From Clostridia bacterium (GTDB lineage: Bacteria > Bacillota > Clostridia > Oscillospirales > Acutalibacteraceae), in the NCBI GenBank assembly GCA_017480265.1, contig JAFVAZ010000078.1:1-36485 (forward strand): DNA of 36,485 nt. The letters run 5' to 3'. The position numbers and the translations under genes were made by a program. Positions 36,131-36,485 of the stretch are shown here, piece after piece. Below the pieces are notes generated by a model. The model searched no databases. It was not told the origin of the DNA and saw only the letters and a list, made by a program, of their open reading frames with translations. Numbering within the stretch: position 1 is the stretch's first letter; each line of letters opens with the position of its first letter.

Positions 36131-36361
36131 ATGAAAGGTTTAAAAGAATTTTTAGAGTTATTAAAGAGTGAAAAAGGTATATTGGCAGAGGTAGAGAAGG
36201 TGCAGGATGATGCATCTAAAGTAGTAGCAATAGCGAAAAAGCATGGGTACACATTCACGGAAGATGATTATACTGATTTAAGGATGGAAGCTGTTTCCGG
36301 CGGAGTAGTAGGGCAGGAATTAAAAAAAGGTTGGAAAAAGTTTAAAGATTTTTGGAAGTAA
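36131..36361 (+). CDS. Nif11-like double-glycine leader peptide precursor 3 (58-aa leader, 18-aa core VVGQELKKGWKKFKDFWK)
   Basis: ATG 36131 follows AAGGAGGTGA. The leader MKGLKEFLELLKSEKGILAEVEKVQDDASKVVAIAKKHGYTFTEDDYTDLRMEAVSGG matches the classic Nif11-leader pattern. Confidence 0.85.
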   Translation: MKGLKEFLELLKSEKGILAEVEKVQDDASKVVAIAKKHGYTFTEDDYTDLRMEAVSGGVVGQELKKGWKKFKDFWK

Positions 36362-36381
36362 AATGATAGGAGGAAAATAAA

Positions 36382-36485
36382 ATGAAAGGTATAAAAGAGT
36401 TTTTAGAGTTATTAAAGAATGACAAAGGTATATTGGCAGAGGTCGAAAAGGTGCAGGATGATGCATCTAAAGTAGTAGCAATAGC
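36382..36485 (+). CDS. Nif11-like leader peptide precursor 4, 5' part only (truncated by window end)
   Basis: RBS TAGGAGGAA. Reads MKGIKEFLELLKNDKGILAEVEKVQDDASKVVAI..., nearly identical in DNA and protein to the leader of precursor 3. Confidence 0.8.
   Translation, partial: MKGIKEFLELLKNDKGILAEVEKVQDDASKVVAI

Noticed and set aside
35884-36258. 124-aa minus-strand ORF spanning precursor genes 2 and 3, considered as a possible immunity protein.
   Set aside because: It overlaps two plus-strand genes that each have strong RBSs and conserved leader features. I saw no RBS or promoter, and the translation is not membrane-protein-like as most immunity proteins are.
35414-36361. Interpretation of the locus as a lanthipeptide, thiazole/oxazole or sactipeptide cluster.
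   Set aside because: The cores contain no Cys and only one Ser, and no LanM/LanBC, cyclodehydratase or radical SAM gene is present in the window. A maturase beyond the window edge cannot be excluded.

Overview
Low-GC Firmicutes chromosome segment, Clostridia-like and probably from a spore former (ytfJ, YtfI-like and SpoVD-type genes). It has three parts. (1) 1-14.6 kb holds minus-strand housekeeping genes: a partial CDS, prs, a C-terminally short glmU-like gene, and rplT-rpmI-infC (infC starts at ATT behind a structured attenuator-type leader). These are followed by pduL, ytfJ, a DUF2953 gene, scpB, scpA, an M50 protease, a metallophosphoesterase, an M19 dipeptidase, a YraN-family gene, rnhB, rbgA and an amidohydrolase. 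The block ends with an S1-domain gene, divIC/ftsB, an untracked 50-aa membrane peptide gene and a TtcA-like PP-loop ATPase. (2) 14.75-26.5 kb holds a plus-strand dcw cluster: promoter, phased MraZ boxes, then mraZ-rsmH-ftsL-PBP(2 PASTA)-mraY-ftsW-murG-murA-ftsQ-ftsZ. ftsQ is split by a T9 homopolymer, and murE, murF, murD and ftsA are absent from their usual slots. (3) 26.7 kb to the end is an accessory region and the main point of interest. It starts with an orphan OppA-like lipoprotein on the minus strand. Next comes a 2 x 268-bp tandem duplication in which each copy carries a consensus TTGACT-17-TATAAT promoter. An operon follows, encoding a type-1 periplasmic-binding-fold lipoprotein, a short HlyD-family protein, a C39-peptidase ABC exporter and a second ABC exporter without the peptidase Cys motif. 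It ends with at least four small genes for long Nif11-like double-glycine leader peptides. The three complete genes have short, unrelated, Cys-free cores; the fourth is cut by the window edge. No maturase, immunity gene, kinase/regulator, transposase or integrase is visible, and no tRNA, rRNA or CRISPR was recognised. All calls rest on reading the translations and motifs by eye; no searches were run.
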